Positions 39,801 to 50,801 of a stretch of 64,000 nucleotides of DNA are shown here, one piece after another. How positions within the stretch are numbered: the first letter of the stretch is position 1; the number at the start of each line of letters is the position of its first letter. The stretch is from an uncultured Aliarcobacter sp. (lineage in GTDB: Bacteria; Campylobacterota; Campylobacteria; Campylobacterales; Arcobacteraceae): the NCBI GenBank assembly GCA_963664305.2, contig CAXXLV010000001.1:544001-608000 (forward strand). Reading direction: 5' to 3'. The translations under genes and the position numbers were made by a program. The notes beneath the pieces were generated by a model. That model worked only from the letters and a program-made list of their open reading frames with translations. It searched no databases and was not told the origin of the DNA.

Positions 39801-39898
39801 TACAAAAACTACAAAATTTCTCTCAACAAAAAACACAAAAGCAAATAACAAATCTTTTTTAGCTATAATCTTACAAATTATGAAAATAGGAGACCTAA

Positions 39899-41176
<1,278 letters not shown>

Positions 41177-41183
41177 GTAATAA

Positions 41184-41423
41184 ATGAAACAATTAAACGC
41201 ATATAAGAAATTCATATTAGTAGTAATCATATCTTTGATTGCTACTATATTTTTATCTTACCATGCGGTTATTGTTCTTTTTGGAGATAACTCTTTACAA
41301 GTTTACAATTCTTTAAAATATAAAAAAGAGTATCTTGAAAATGAAATATTGAGACTACAAAGAGAGAATGCTTACTTACAAAAAGAGTATTTTGAATTAA
41401 AAAATTTGGAGCCAGAAGAATGA
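41184..41423 (+). CDS. FtsB/DivIC-like septum formation initiator
   Basis: Single TM, FGDNSL, then coiled coil (LQRENAYL); follows eno. Confidence 0.7.
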   Translation: MKQLNAYKKFILVVIISLIATIFLSYHAVIVLFGDNSLQVYNSLKYKKEYLENEILRLQRENAYLQKEYFELKNLEPEE

Positions 41424-42148
41424 AAACTTTATTTTTATTTACATTATCAGTTGTTTTAGCATTAAATCTTAGTGCTAGAGAAAATCCTTTTTCTATGACA
41501 GATGTTTTTGAAGAAGAAACAGGAAAAATGATAGAACCAAATGAAAGGCCAACAACACCTGAAGAGTTGCAAGAAGCTCAATATATAAGAGAAATGCAAC
41601 AAAAAATGTCTAATGCAAATAAAAATAGTGTTGATACAACTACTCCAAAAGAAACTAAGCCTGCAACAAAAACTTATTCAAAACAAGAAGTTGATTCATT
41701 AATCCAAAAAACAAAAAAACAGACTGAACAAAAAACAAAAGAGATTGTAAAAAAAGAGTTAGCTAATACAAAGCCTAGTGAACCAGAACAAATCGTATAT
41801 GTAAAACCAAGAGCTGATATAAGTGAAGAAGATGCATTAGTTGCAAAAGAGATTCTTCCTTTTTTAAAAATTGAATATAGTGACAATAAATTAATTATTC
41901 ATACAGATAATAGTGTTTCTAAAAAATTCAATATATTAAAAGAGAATAAAATCGTTATTGATTATAAAGCTAAATTAAACTTCAATACTAAAAATGAAGA
42001 TATCGACTCTAAAAGTTTCAAAAAAATTGCTGTTGGAAATCATAGAAGCGAAGGTTTCTTTAGAGTTGCAATCGAAGTTGCTACAAAACCTACAAATTAT
42101 AACGTAACATATAAAGATAATTTAATTACTATTTCTAAACTTAATTAG
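41420..42148 (+). CDS. Exported AMIN-domain protein
   Basis: Signal peptide, ARENPF, C-terminal KIVIDY...IAVGNH...FFRVAIE. Confidence 0.7.
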   Translation: MKTLFLFTLSVVLALNLSARENPFSMTDVFEEETGKMIEPNERPTTPEELQEAQYIREMQQKMSNANKNSVDTTTPKETKPATKTYSKQEVDSLIQKTKKQTEQKTKEIVKKELANTKPSEPEQIVYVKPRADISEEDALVAKEILPFLKIEYSDNKLIIHTDNSVSKKFNILKENKIVIDYKAKLNFNTKNEDIDSKSFKKIAVGNHRSEGFFRVAIEVATKPTNYNVTYKDNLITISKLN

Positions 42149-43282
42149 AGTAGTAATTACTCTAATTATAACCATAACAAGTAATACTTCCAATATAGCT
42201 GCTAGAATCAACGCATAATAATACTCTTGTGAAATTGAATGATTATTGTATCCTATAGTTGTAACTGCAATTAAAAGAGTTAATGGCATTGCATGAGATA
42301 AACCTAACATAAAAAATCTATTCCATCCCATTTCATTTACAAATAATAAAGAAGCTAATAATCTAATAATTATCATAATTAATGTAATCAGTAATGCTTT
42401 AATTATCAAATCTATATTTAATAATGCATCAATTTCAAGTGATGCTCCTACGGAAATAAAGAAAATAGGAACAAGCCAACCAAAACCAAAATGTTCTAAT
42501 TTATGAGGTAATTGTTTATTATGTTCTTCAAAGAAAGTTGTAATAAAAATTCCTGCAATAAAAGCTCCAAAAGCAATCTCTAAATGCAAATACATCATAA
42601 CTGTAATCATTAAGAAAAATATTGCCATTGAAATTCTTATATCTTGTTCTTGATGGTCAACTTCAGGCATTAAATAGTTTTTAATTTCAGGGAACCACCA
42701 AATAAGATTATGAAATAGTTTATAAATAATTATCATTGTAACTATAAATAATAAGAATAGAACCATAATCTTATAAAAATCGAATCCTAGTCCATATTCC
42801 AAAACAGCAGAAACTGTTGTTAATGCAAAAATTGAAACTATCTCACCAATCAATCCAACAATAAATGCCATTTTAATCCACTCAGTATCACCATACTCTT
42901 TTTTAAGTGCTGCTAATACACCAATAGATATAAGAGGAAAAATCACTATAAATATTTTTGATAAATCAAAATATAGAGTAACAAAAAGGGAAGTTGAAAA
43001 AAGTACGACATTATATAAAAGCGATTTTTTAAGCATTGTGGGAGAAATTGATAAAAGTTTTTTCAAATCAATTTCAAGACCTGCTAAAAACATAAGATAT
43101 AAAAATCCTAGTTCAGCAACTAAATGAAAAATAGGATGTTCTGTAATAAATGCGAAATATGCAGCTATCGCACCTAACATAATTTCAACGGGGATTGTTG
43201 GAAGTTTTAAAAACTTTGAGAGTAATGGTGAAGTAAATATTATTAAAGATATTGAGATAATTATTAATATTTCTTCACTCAT
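42122..43282 (-). CDS. Cation:proton antiporter (CPA2-like)
   Basis: ~12 TM; LMFLAGLEID, GAFIAG, PIFFISVG. Confidence 0.88.
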   Translation of the reverse strand: MSEEILIIISISLIIFTSPLLSKFLKLPTIPVEIMLGAIAAYFAFITEHPIFHLVAELGFLYLMFLAGLEIDLKKLLSISPTMLKKSLLYNVVLFSTSLFVTLYFDLSKIFIVIFPLISIGVLAALKKEYGDTEWIKMAFIVGLIGEIVSIFALTTVSAVLEYGLGFDFYKIMVLFLLFIVTMIIIYKLFHNLIWWFPEIKNYLMPEVDHQEQDIRISMAIFFLMITVMMYLHLEIAFGAFIAGIFITTFFEEHNKQLPHKLEHFGFGWLVPIFFISVGASLEIDALLNIDLIIKALLITLIMIIIRLLASLLFVNEMGWNRFFMLGLSHAMPLTLLIAVTTIGYNNHSISQEYYYALILAAILEVLLVMVIIRVITTLIKFRNSN

Positions 43283-43294
43283 TAATCTACCTTA

Positions 43295-44146
43295 TTAATC
43301 TCTTTCTCTTTTTATTTTATACCCATGTTTTTCAAGTTCAGCAATATCATCAGCAGGTGTTTTTCCTTGTGTTGTTAAATAATCTCCAATAACAAACGCG
43401 TTTGCACCTTTTTCAAAGATTTTATATTGCTCATCACCAAACATTACTTCACGTCCACCTGCAACCATAATTTTCATTGCGTTTGGAATCATCTTTCTTG
43501 CAAGTGTTATTAACTCAAAAGCTTCTTCTCTTGTAATTGTATTTTTTACAATTGGTAAAGCTTCATTTGGATGGAAAAAGTTTAAAGGAACGTTCATTGG
43601 CTCTAAAGATGCAATTGATTCAAGCATAGAAATTCTTTGTTCTTGAGTTTCACCCATTCCAAAAATTCCACCACATACAAGTCTTAACCCAACTTGTTTT
43701 ACATTTAAACAAGTTTGATATCTATCATCCCAAGGGTGAGTTGTACAGATTTCATCATAAAAATCTCTAGCTGTTTCTAAGTTATGATTATATGCATCAA
43801 CTCCAGCATCTTTTAAAGTTTGAAGGTCTTCAACTGTAGCAATTCCATTACATGCAATTAAAATTAAACCTAAATTCTCTTTTTTAATTGCCTTTGCAGC
43901 TTCACAAACATACTCTAATCTTTTTGGAGTTAATCCTTTTCCAGCTGTTACTAAACAAAAACCGTTAGCATTATTTGCTCTTGCTCTTTTTGCTTCTTCA
44001 ACAATTTGTGCAATCTCTTTTTGTTTATATCTTTGAATATCTGCTTTATACTTTACACTTTGTGTACAGAATTTACAGTCTTCATTACATGTTCCACTTT
44101 CTATATTACAAATGGCACATAAAAAAATTTCGTCATTATTTTTCAT
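43295..44146 (-). CDS. bioB: Biotin synthase
   Basis: CNEDCKFCTQS, YNHNLET, CGGIFGMGE, VPLN, AGGRE, GDYLTT. Confidence 0.95.
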   Translation of the reverse strand: MKNNDEIFLCAICNIESGTCNEDCKFCTQSVKYKADIQRYKQKEIAQIVEEAKRARANNANGFCLVTAGKGLTPKRLEYVCEAAKAIKKENLGLILIACNGIATVEDLQTLKDAGVDAYNHNLETARDFYDEICTTHPWDDRYQTCLNVKQVGLRLVCGGIFGMGETQEQRISMLESIASLEPMNVPLNFFHPNEALPIVKNTITREEAFELITLARKMIPNAMKIMVAGGREVMFGDEQYKIFEKGANAFVIGDYLTTQGKTPADDIAELEKHGYKIKRERD

Positions 44147-44651
44147 AAATTATCTCTTCTTTTTTAAAATTTTCTTCATTAATATTTTTATAATAGCGTG
44201 TGATTATATACTCATTTTCATTAATCTCTAGTTTCACACATTCAATCACTGGCTTTTCTCGTGCGCAAACTTCGCCAGGATTTAGAAATAATGTTTTGTT
44301 TTTATAGTCACATTCAAACTCATGAGTATGACCAAAAATCACAATATCACTATCTGGTGTCAAATGATATGGAAGATGCATTAGTTTAAATTTCAAATCT
44401 TTAATTTTAAAATAATAAGGTTCTTGTTTTATATTATATTTTGAAGATAAAGAGAGTAAACCTCTATCATTATTACCAAAAACTGCAATATATTTTAAAT
44501 TAGATTCTTCCAAAAGTTGTAAGTTTTTCTCTGTACATAAATCACCTGCATGAATTAAGTATTCACATTCTTGTGTTTTCAAAAAATTTATTACATCACT
44601 CGTATAGTCACTTTTTAGATGACTATCCGATAAAATACCAATTTTAATCAC
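44136..44651 (-). CDS. YfcE-family metallophosphoesterase
   Basis: SDSH, HAGD, GNND, GHTH, NPG. Confidence 0.92.
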   Translation of the reverse strand: MIKIGILSDSHLKSDYTSDVINFLKTQECEYLIHAGDLCTEKNLQLLEESNLKYIAVFGNNDRGLLSLSSKYNIKQEPYYFKIKDLKFKLMHLPYHLTPDSDIVIFGHTHEFECDYKNKTLFLNPGEVCAREKPVIECVKLEINENEYIITRYYKNINEENFKKEEIIYEK

Positions 44652-46996
44652 TTTTTATCAGTACTCTTTTTTGTAGTTTTTTTAGTAGCTGTTTTTTTCT
44701 CAGCAGGAGCTTTTTTAGCTATAGTTTTTTTTGTTGTACCTTTTGAATCTTTTTCTATAATTTCAAGACAAGCTTCTAAAGTTAAATCATTTGCTTCTAC
44801 ACCTTTTGGTATTTTGAAGTTTTTTCTACCTTGTTTTATATATGGTCCATATTGACCAATTAAAATTTGGATTTTTTCTTTGTCAAAAGTTTTAATAGTT
44901 GATTTCTCTTTTGCCTCATCTGTTTCTTTGATGATTTCTAAAGCTCTATTTAAATCAACCGTATATGGGTCATCTACTTTTAAAGAGTAATATTTAGATT
45001 TAACTTGTAAATATGGTCCAAATCTACCAATATTTGCTTTTATTTCATCTCCATTATTATCATTTCCAACAACTCTTGGAAGAGTAAATAAAAATAGTGC
45101 TTCATCTAATGTAATAGTATCCATATTTAAATGGTCAGGAATTGCTACAAATTTTGGTTTTTCTTCATCATCTTTTGTTCCAATTTGAACAAAAGGACCA
45201 AATCTTCCCACACGTGCACTTACTGGTTTTCCAGATTTTGGGTCAATTCCTATTTCTCTTACTTGTAAATAATCCTCTTTTTGAACACTACTTTCTTTTT
45301 CATCAATTGTTTTTTTGAAATTTCCATAGAAATCTTTCATTACTTGTTCCCAAGCAATTTTCCCTTCTGCAATTTCATCAAACTCTTCTTCAATTTTGGC
45401 AGTAAATCCTAAATCTACAATATCAGAAAAATGGTCAACTAAAAAACTATTTACTATTTCACCAGTTTGAGTAGGAATTAACTTCTTATCTTCTGTTTTT
45501 GTTACATATTCTCTTGCTTGAATAGTTGAAATTGTTGGAGCATAAGTAGAAGGTCTTCCGATTCCTTCACTCTCTAATTTTTTAACTAAAGAAGCTTCTG
45601 TATAACGTGCAGGTGGTTGTGTAAACTTTTGTTCACTCTCTAATTTTTCTAACTCTAAAACTGTTCCAACTTTTATATTTGGTAGAATTTTTTCAGTACT
45701 ATCAAGTGCAGCTTCTGGATTATCACTACCTTCAGTATAAGCTTTCATAAATCCAGCAAAAATAATTCTTTGCCCTTTAGATTGAAATTCAAACTCTTTA
45801 TTACTTCCTGCTTCAATTTTATATGTTGTATTTGCAATTTTTGCTTGAGCCATTTGAGTAGCAAGTGTTCTTTTCCAAATTAGACTATATAATTTATATT
45901 GAGCTGGGTCAACAAACTCTTTAATCATACTTGGTTTTAATGCAAGATTAACTGGACGGATCGCTTCGTGAGCTTCTTGTGCACCTTTAGCAGTTGATTT
46001 ATAAACTCTTGGCTTACTTAAAGAGTACTCTTTTCCATACTCTTCTTCAATAACAGCTTTAGCTGCAGTTGTAGCAACCGTTGAAAGATTTAAAGAGTCA
46101 GTTCTCATATAAGTAATCAAACCACCTGTATGATTTGGAATATTACCAACATTTCCTTCATAAAGTTGTTGAGCAATAACCATTGTTTGTTTTACTGAAA
46201 GTCCAAGTTTTCTTGATGCTTCTTGTTGTAATGTTGAAGTTGTAAATGGAGCTGCTGGATTTCTAGTACTCTCTTTTTCTTCAATATCAACAAGTTTATA
46301 ACTTCCTTGTTTTAAAGAAGATTCTATTTTTAAAGCTTGTTCTTCATTTTCAATTTTTGCAGTTTTACCATTTTGTTTTACAAGTTCTGCTTTTAATTCA
46401 GGATTTATAAAATCAGCTTTTATTTTCCAATACTCTTCTGGAATAAATGCTCTTATTTCATTTTCTCTATCAACTATAATTCTAACTGCAACAGATTGAA
46501 CTCTACCTGCACTTAAACCATATCTTACTTTTTTCCATAAAAGTGGTGAAAGTTCATATCCAACTGCTCTATCTAAAATACGTCTAGCTTGTTGTGCATC
46601 AACTAAATGTTGGTCAACATCTCTTGGATTTTCTAATGCCTTTAAAATTGCATCTTTTGTAATCTCATGAAAAACAATTCTTTTTATAGGATTTTTTTCT
46701 ATTTTAAGTGCGGGGATTAAGTGCCAAGCAATAGCCTCTCCCTCTCTATCTTCATCGGCTGCTAGGTAAATTGTGGTATCTTTAGTAATATGTTTTTTTA
46801 AATCACTTATAACTTTTTTCTTATCAGCAGTAACCATATATTTTGGTTTGAAATTATCATCAGGGTCAAACCCTAAACTTGATTTTGGTAAATCTCTTAC
46901 ATGTCCCATCGAAGCCATTACGGTAAAATCATTACCTAAAAATTTTGATATTGTTTTTGCTTTTGCTGGAGACTCCACTATTACTAAATTTTTCAC
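44648..46996 (-). CDS. topA: DNA topoisomerase I; start probably GTG 46996
   Basis: LVIVESPAKAKTI, DEDREGEAI, SAGRVQS, ITYMRTDS, GIGRPSTY; SD AAGG and TGTTAGAAT upstream of the GTG. Confidence 0.97.
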   Translation of the reverse strand: MKNLVIVESPAKAKTISKFLGNDFTVMASMGHVRDLPKSSLGFDPDDNFKPKYMVTADKKKVISDLKKHITKDTTIYLAADEDREGEAIAWHLIPALKIEKNPIKRIVFHEITKDAILKALENPRDVDQHLVDAQQARRILDRAVGYELSPLLWKKVRYGLSAGRVQSVAVRIIVDRENEIRAFIPEEYWKIKADFINPELKAELVKQNGKTAKIENEEQALKIESSLKQGSYKLVDIEEKESTRNPAAPFTTSTLQQEASRKLGLSVKQTMVIAQQLYEGNVGNIPNHTGGLITYMRTDSLNLSTVATTAAKAVIEEEYGKEYSLSKPRVYKSTAKGAQEAHEAIRPVNLALKPSMIKEFVDPAQYKLYSLIWKRTLATQMAQAKIANTTYKIEAGSNKEFEFQSKGQRIIFAGFMKAYTEGSDNPEAALDSTEKILPNIKVGTVLELEKLESEQKFTQPPARYTEASLVKKLESEGIGRPSTYAPTISTIQAREYVTKTEDKKLIPTQTGEIVNSFLVDHFSDIVDLGFTAKIEEEFDEIAEGKIAWEQVMKDFYGNFKKTIDEKESSVQKEDYLQVREIGIDPKSGKPVSARVGRFGPFVQIGTKDDEEKPKFVAIPDHLNMDTITLDEALFLFTLPRVVGNDNNGDEIKANIGRFGPYLQVKSKYYSLKVDDPYTVDLNRALEIIKETDEAKEKSTIKTFDKEKIQILIGQYGPYIKQGRKNFKIPKGVEANDLTLEACLEIIEKDSKGTTKKTIAKKAPAEKKTATKKTTKKSTDKK

Positions 46997-47050
46997 TAAA
47001 AGTACCTTACATTTTTTTGGAGTTTGCATTCTAACATAAATTAATTAATA

Positions 47051-47839
47051 TTACTTATAAATAATTATCTCTTCTTCTATATCTATATCAAACTCTTTTT
47101 TTATTTTATCTTTTGCTAAATCTATCAAATAAACTGCATCTTCAAATGAACCTGTTCCATAATTTACTAAAAAATTTGCATGTTGTTCAGAAAAACTCAT
47201 ATCACCTTTTTTGATTCCTTTTAAACCAACAGCTTCTATTAATCTTCCTGCAAAATCACCTTTAGGATTTTTAAAACAACTTCCTGCACTTGCAACATGA
47301 GGTTGATTATCTCTCATTTTAGTAAACTCTTTTAACATCTCATTTGAAAAACCATATTCAATATTAAAAACCACTTCATAAACTATTGTATCGATTTTAG
47401 TTTCTCTATATGAGAAATCTACATCTTCTTTTTTTATATAACCATCTTTTGTTTTTATGCTATCTATATAATTAAAAACTTCCCAAGATTTTAATCCTGC
47501 ATTCATTTTTACCAAACCACCTAAATTTCCTGGAAGTTTTGCTAAAAATTCTAAATTTTTAATATCATGTTTTCTTGTATAAGTCAAAAGTTTTCCACTT
47601 GTTGTTGCACAACCAACATATAGTTTATTTCCCTCTTGTCTTATATAATCAAACTCTTCACCTAAAATTGCAAATTTTTTATCTGTATTTTGTGAAACTA
47701 ATAAATTATTAGCTCGCCCTATAATTTGATAATCACTATAATCACCTATTTCATTAATTACTAAAACATCTAATGTAGGTCCTATTCTTATTGATGAATA
47801 TCTTGTAAAATCTATTGTTCTAATACTATTTTGCATCAA
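47051..47839 (-). CDS. murB: UDP-N-acetylmuramate dehydrogenase
   Basis: IGRANNLL, LPGNLGGLVKMNAG, FSYR, SAGSCFKNP, HANFLVN. Confidence 0.94.
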   Translation of the reverse strand: MMQNSIRTIDFTRYSSIRIGPTLDVLVINEIGDYSDYQIIGRANNLLVSQNTDKKFAILGEEFDYIRQEGNKLYVGCATTSGKLLTYTRKHDIKNLEFLAKLPGNLGGLVKMNAGLKSWEVFNYIDSIKTKDGYIKKEDVDFSYRETKIDTIVYEVVFNIEYGFSNEMLKEFTKMRDNQPHVASAGSCFKNPKGDFAGRLIEAVGLKGIKKGDMSFSEQHANFLVNYGTGSFEDAVYLIDLAKDKIKKEFDIDIEEEIIIYK

Positions 47840-48703
47840 TTATCTTGCTCTTAACTCTTCATATTCACTTGGTATTAAAAAATCTTCTGCTTTAATCAAA
47901 TCTTGATAAAAACCATTTTTATATCCAATTTCAAATAGTTTATCAAGTGCTTTATATTGTATTTCACTCATTTTAACTGAATTGTCATTTGCATATAAAT
48001 CTAAATATTTATCAAGTGTTGGCGCATCAACTCTAATTAATCCTTTTTCTAAAAGCATGGGAGCTAAAACTTTTCTATTTTTATTTGCAACCTCAACAGC
48101 TTTTATTAGTGTATTCTCATAATTAATAGCATTATGAAGGGGAATTGAACGGCGTAAACACATTCCTCCAAGAGGTAAAGGTAATCCACCACCACTTAAT
48201 TCCAACCAAACATCCCACATTTCACGTTCAACTTCTAACTCATTATCATAAGTTAATATTGATTCATGAATTAATACACCTGCATCTACTGTTCCATCAA
48301 GAACTGCTTTTTCAATATCTAAGAAATTCATATATGTAATTCTTGCATTTGGATAAGCGATTTTAAACAAAAGTGCATTTGTTGTAAATTCTCCACTAAG
48401 AGCTACTTTAAAATTCTTTTTAAGAATAGTTCCTTTTTTCTTTATAAGTTTTGGTCCATAACCCTCACCAAAAGATACTGCCGTTTTTAAAAGTGCATAA
48501 TCATCTTTAACAAAAGGATATAAAGCAAAAGAGATTGCACAAATATCATATACACCTTTTAATGTAGCCTGATTTAATGTCTCTATATCTAAAGCTATAT
48601 TGTCAAATTTTGCATCATCTGGAGTCACCCAACCAAATTTAATTGCATAATACATAAAAATATCATCTGCATCAGGTGAATGTCCTACACTAATATTTTT
48701 CAA
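47840..48703 (-). CDS. mqnD: 1,4-dihydroxy-6-naphthoate synthase (futalosine menaquinone pathway; TTG start)
   Basis: HSPDADDIFM, DIETLN, GYGP, LIHE, LPLPLGG. Confidence 0.88.
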   Translation of the reverse strand: MKNISVGHSPDADDIFMYYAIKFGWVTPDDAKFDNIALDIETLNQATLKGVYDICAISFALYPFVKDDYALLKTAVSFGEGYGPKLIKKKGTILKKNFKVALSGEFTTNALLFKIAYPNARITYMNFLDIEKAVLDGTVDAGVLIHESILTYDNELEVEREMWDVWLELSGGGLPLPLGGMCLRRSIPLHNAINYENTLIKAVEVANKNRKVLAPMLLEKGLIRVDAPTLDKYLDLYANDNSVKMSEIQYKALDKLFEIGYKNGFYQDLIKAEDFLIPSEYEELRAR

Positions 48704-48754
48704 AATAATTCCTTTATTAATTCTTTGGGGATTTTAGCGAGATAAACTTTAAAT

Positions 48755-49243
48755 TTATAAGTTATATTCAAATCTCAGTTTTTTTATAATACTAAATATC
48801 GAGTTTGCATATAAAACTCCTACATTACTATTATATCTCCAACCAGCATTGTAACTTGCCCAAACCTTTACCCAATTTTCTTTATGAATTTCTCGCCAAT
48901 AATCAATCTCGACAATTGCATTTGCCGTTGAAAAAGCAACATCATTTAAAAGTTTGTAAGCAAAATATCTTCTATTATAATAGTTATCTTCTACATATTG
49001 TCTTCTTAATACACTTTTTATATTTGATTGGAAAAGTCCATAATCATTACTAAAATCATTTACTTGTTTTTTACCAACTGAAGACTCTTTTATTGCAATA
49101 GCCATTAAAGTATATTTCATCATTGTGTCATCAGTTAGGGATTTAATCTTTTTTAAAATGATTAAATCTGTATTTGTTAATCCTAATGAATTTGAAAAAG
49201 CGAGATTATAAATACATAAAATTAGAAGTAAAATTTTTTTCAT
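48755..49243 (-). CDS. Exported lytic-transglycosylase (SLT)-like protein
   Basis: Signal peptide; AIAIKESS (catalytic ES), GLFQ, ASYNAG motifs. Confidence 0.7.
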   Translation of the reverse strand: MKKILLLILCIYNLAFSNSLGLTNTDLIILKKIKSLTDDTMMKYTLMAIAIKESSVGKKQVNDFSNDYGLFQSNIKSVLRRQYVEDNYYNRRYFAYKLLNDVAFSTANAIVEIDYWREIHKENWVKVWASYNAGWRYNSNVGVLYANSIFSIIKKLRFEYNL

Positions 49244-49257
49244 AAAAGAAGTTTACT

Positions 49258-49293
49258 AAAATTCTAATCATTTTTCAAAATGATTAGAATTTT
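49258..49293. terminator. 17-bp-arm inverted repeat after nuoN (probable nuo terminator)
   Basis: AAAATTCTAATCATTTT-tc-AAAATGATTAGAATTTT. Confidence 0.7.
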
Positions 49294-49298
49294 TTAGT

Positions 49299-50801
49299 TT
49301 AAAAACCTGAACTAGAAACATACATTTCAATAATGTTTAATAAAGGCTCGATTAGTAAAATAGAAATAATTGTTAAAAATACAGCTAATCCAATCATTGA
49401 TTTCATTGGAGTTGTTGCATTTTGCATAAATTTAGTATTCATACCCTCTTCTGGATTTCTTAAGAACATATATGAAACTGGTCTTAAATAATAATATGCA
49501 GAAATTACAGAGTTTAATGCAATAATTACAGCTAAAGCAATATGTCCTGCATTTACTGCACTTCCAATTATGTACATTTTTCCCCAGAATAATGCAAAAG
49601 GAGGAAGTCCTGTTAAAGCGAAAAAGAATAATCCTAGAATTGAAGCTGTAAATGGTGAAATTTGAGCCAATCCAGAGAATTTTTTGAAAGTATATGGAGA
49701 GTTATAATCTGCATACTCTTTTCCTCTGTTTAACCAAAGCATTCCAAATGCTCCAAAATTTGTTATTGTAAATAAAATCCAATATAAAAATAGAGCTGTT
49801 GTTGCTTGATGTGTTCCAATTACAATTGTAGCCATTGCAATACCTGCATTTGATATTGATGAATAAGCTAACATTCTTTTTATATCTTTTTGTTGTAATG
49901 CAATTAAATTTGGAATTGTCATAGTTAAAATTACAGTTACATAAAGTAAAGTTTGAATTATTGGATCATTTAAATGAATAAACATTTCAAAAAATCTAAG
50001 TGCTACAACAAATCCAGCCATTTTAGGAATAACTGATAAAAATCCTGCCATTGCTGATGTTGAACCTTGATAAACATCTGGAACCCAAATATTATAAGGG
50101 AATAAAGAAAGTTTAAATCCAATTGCAGCAAACATAAATACAAACCCAACTAAAATCAATACATAGTTAGAATAATTTAATGTACTTAAGTATCCTTCTT
50201 GAGATAATACTTGTGCCATTTGTGCTAATTCTAAAGTTCCTGTTGTTGCATAAAAAATCATTGCTCCAAATACAAAGAATGCAGCAGCTAATGCTCCCAT
50301 TGTAAAATACTTCACAGCAGCTTCAATAGATACCATTCTATTATGCATTGCAATCATTGTATATAAAGATAAAGATGATGTTTCAAGTCCAACAAAAATC
50401 AAAATTAAAGAATCAGAACTTACCATAAACTGTAAACTTGCAACTACAAGTAAGTATAAAGCAAAATATTCTGCATATCTAAACTCTTGAAATCTTAGTT
50501 TTGATAAACCTAATAATACAAACATTATTGAACCAGCTATTATGATACATTGAGATAAAACTGCAATTCCATCTAATAACATAATATCAAACATTCCTCT
50601 TTCATCACCACTAAATGCTAAAAGAGTAAATAAGTCAAAAATTAAAAATAGTACAACTAAAATTACATAAAGAGATTTATGTTTATTTTTGTTAAATACA
50701 TCTGTTAATAAAATACCTAATGCACCAATAATTGCAATTGACATTGGTGCAATCGTTCCTAGGTTTAGAGATTCTAAACTTATTTTAATAGGTTCAAGCA
50801 T
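49299..50801 (-). CDS. nuoN: Complex I subunit N
   Basis: EAAVKYF, FKLSLFP..WVPDVYQG, KRMLAYSSI; operon position. Confidence 0.95.
   Translation of the reverse strand: MLEPIKISLESLNLGTIAPMSIAIIGALGILLTDVFNKNKHKSLYVILVVLFLIFDLFTLLAFSGDERGMFDIMLLDGIAVLSQCIIIAGSIMFVLLGLSKLRFQEFRYAEYFALYLLVVASLQFMVSSDSLILIFVGLETSSLSLYTMIAMHNRMVSIEAAVKYFTMGALAAAFFVFGAMIFYATTGTLELAQMAQVLSQEGYLSTLNYSNYVLILVGFVFMFAAIGFKLSLFPYNIWVPDVYQGSTSAMAGFLSVIPKMAGFVVALRFFEMFIHLNDPIIQTLLYVTVILTMTIPNLIALQQKDIKRMLAYSSISNAGIAMATIVIGTHQATTALFLYWILFTITNFGAFGMLWLNRGKEYADYNSPYTFKKFSGLAQISPFTASILGLFFFALTGLPPFALFWGKMYIIGSAVNAGHIALAVIIALNSVISAYYYLRPVSYMFLRNPEEGMNTKFMQNATTPMKSMIGLAVFLTIISILLIEPLLNIIEMYVSSSGF

Noticed and set aside
42122..42148. 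27-bp convergent overlap of AMIN and antiporter genes
   Set aside because: Common in compact genomes; no further signal.
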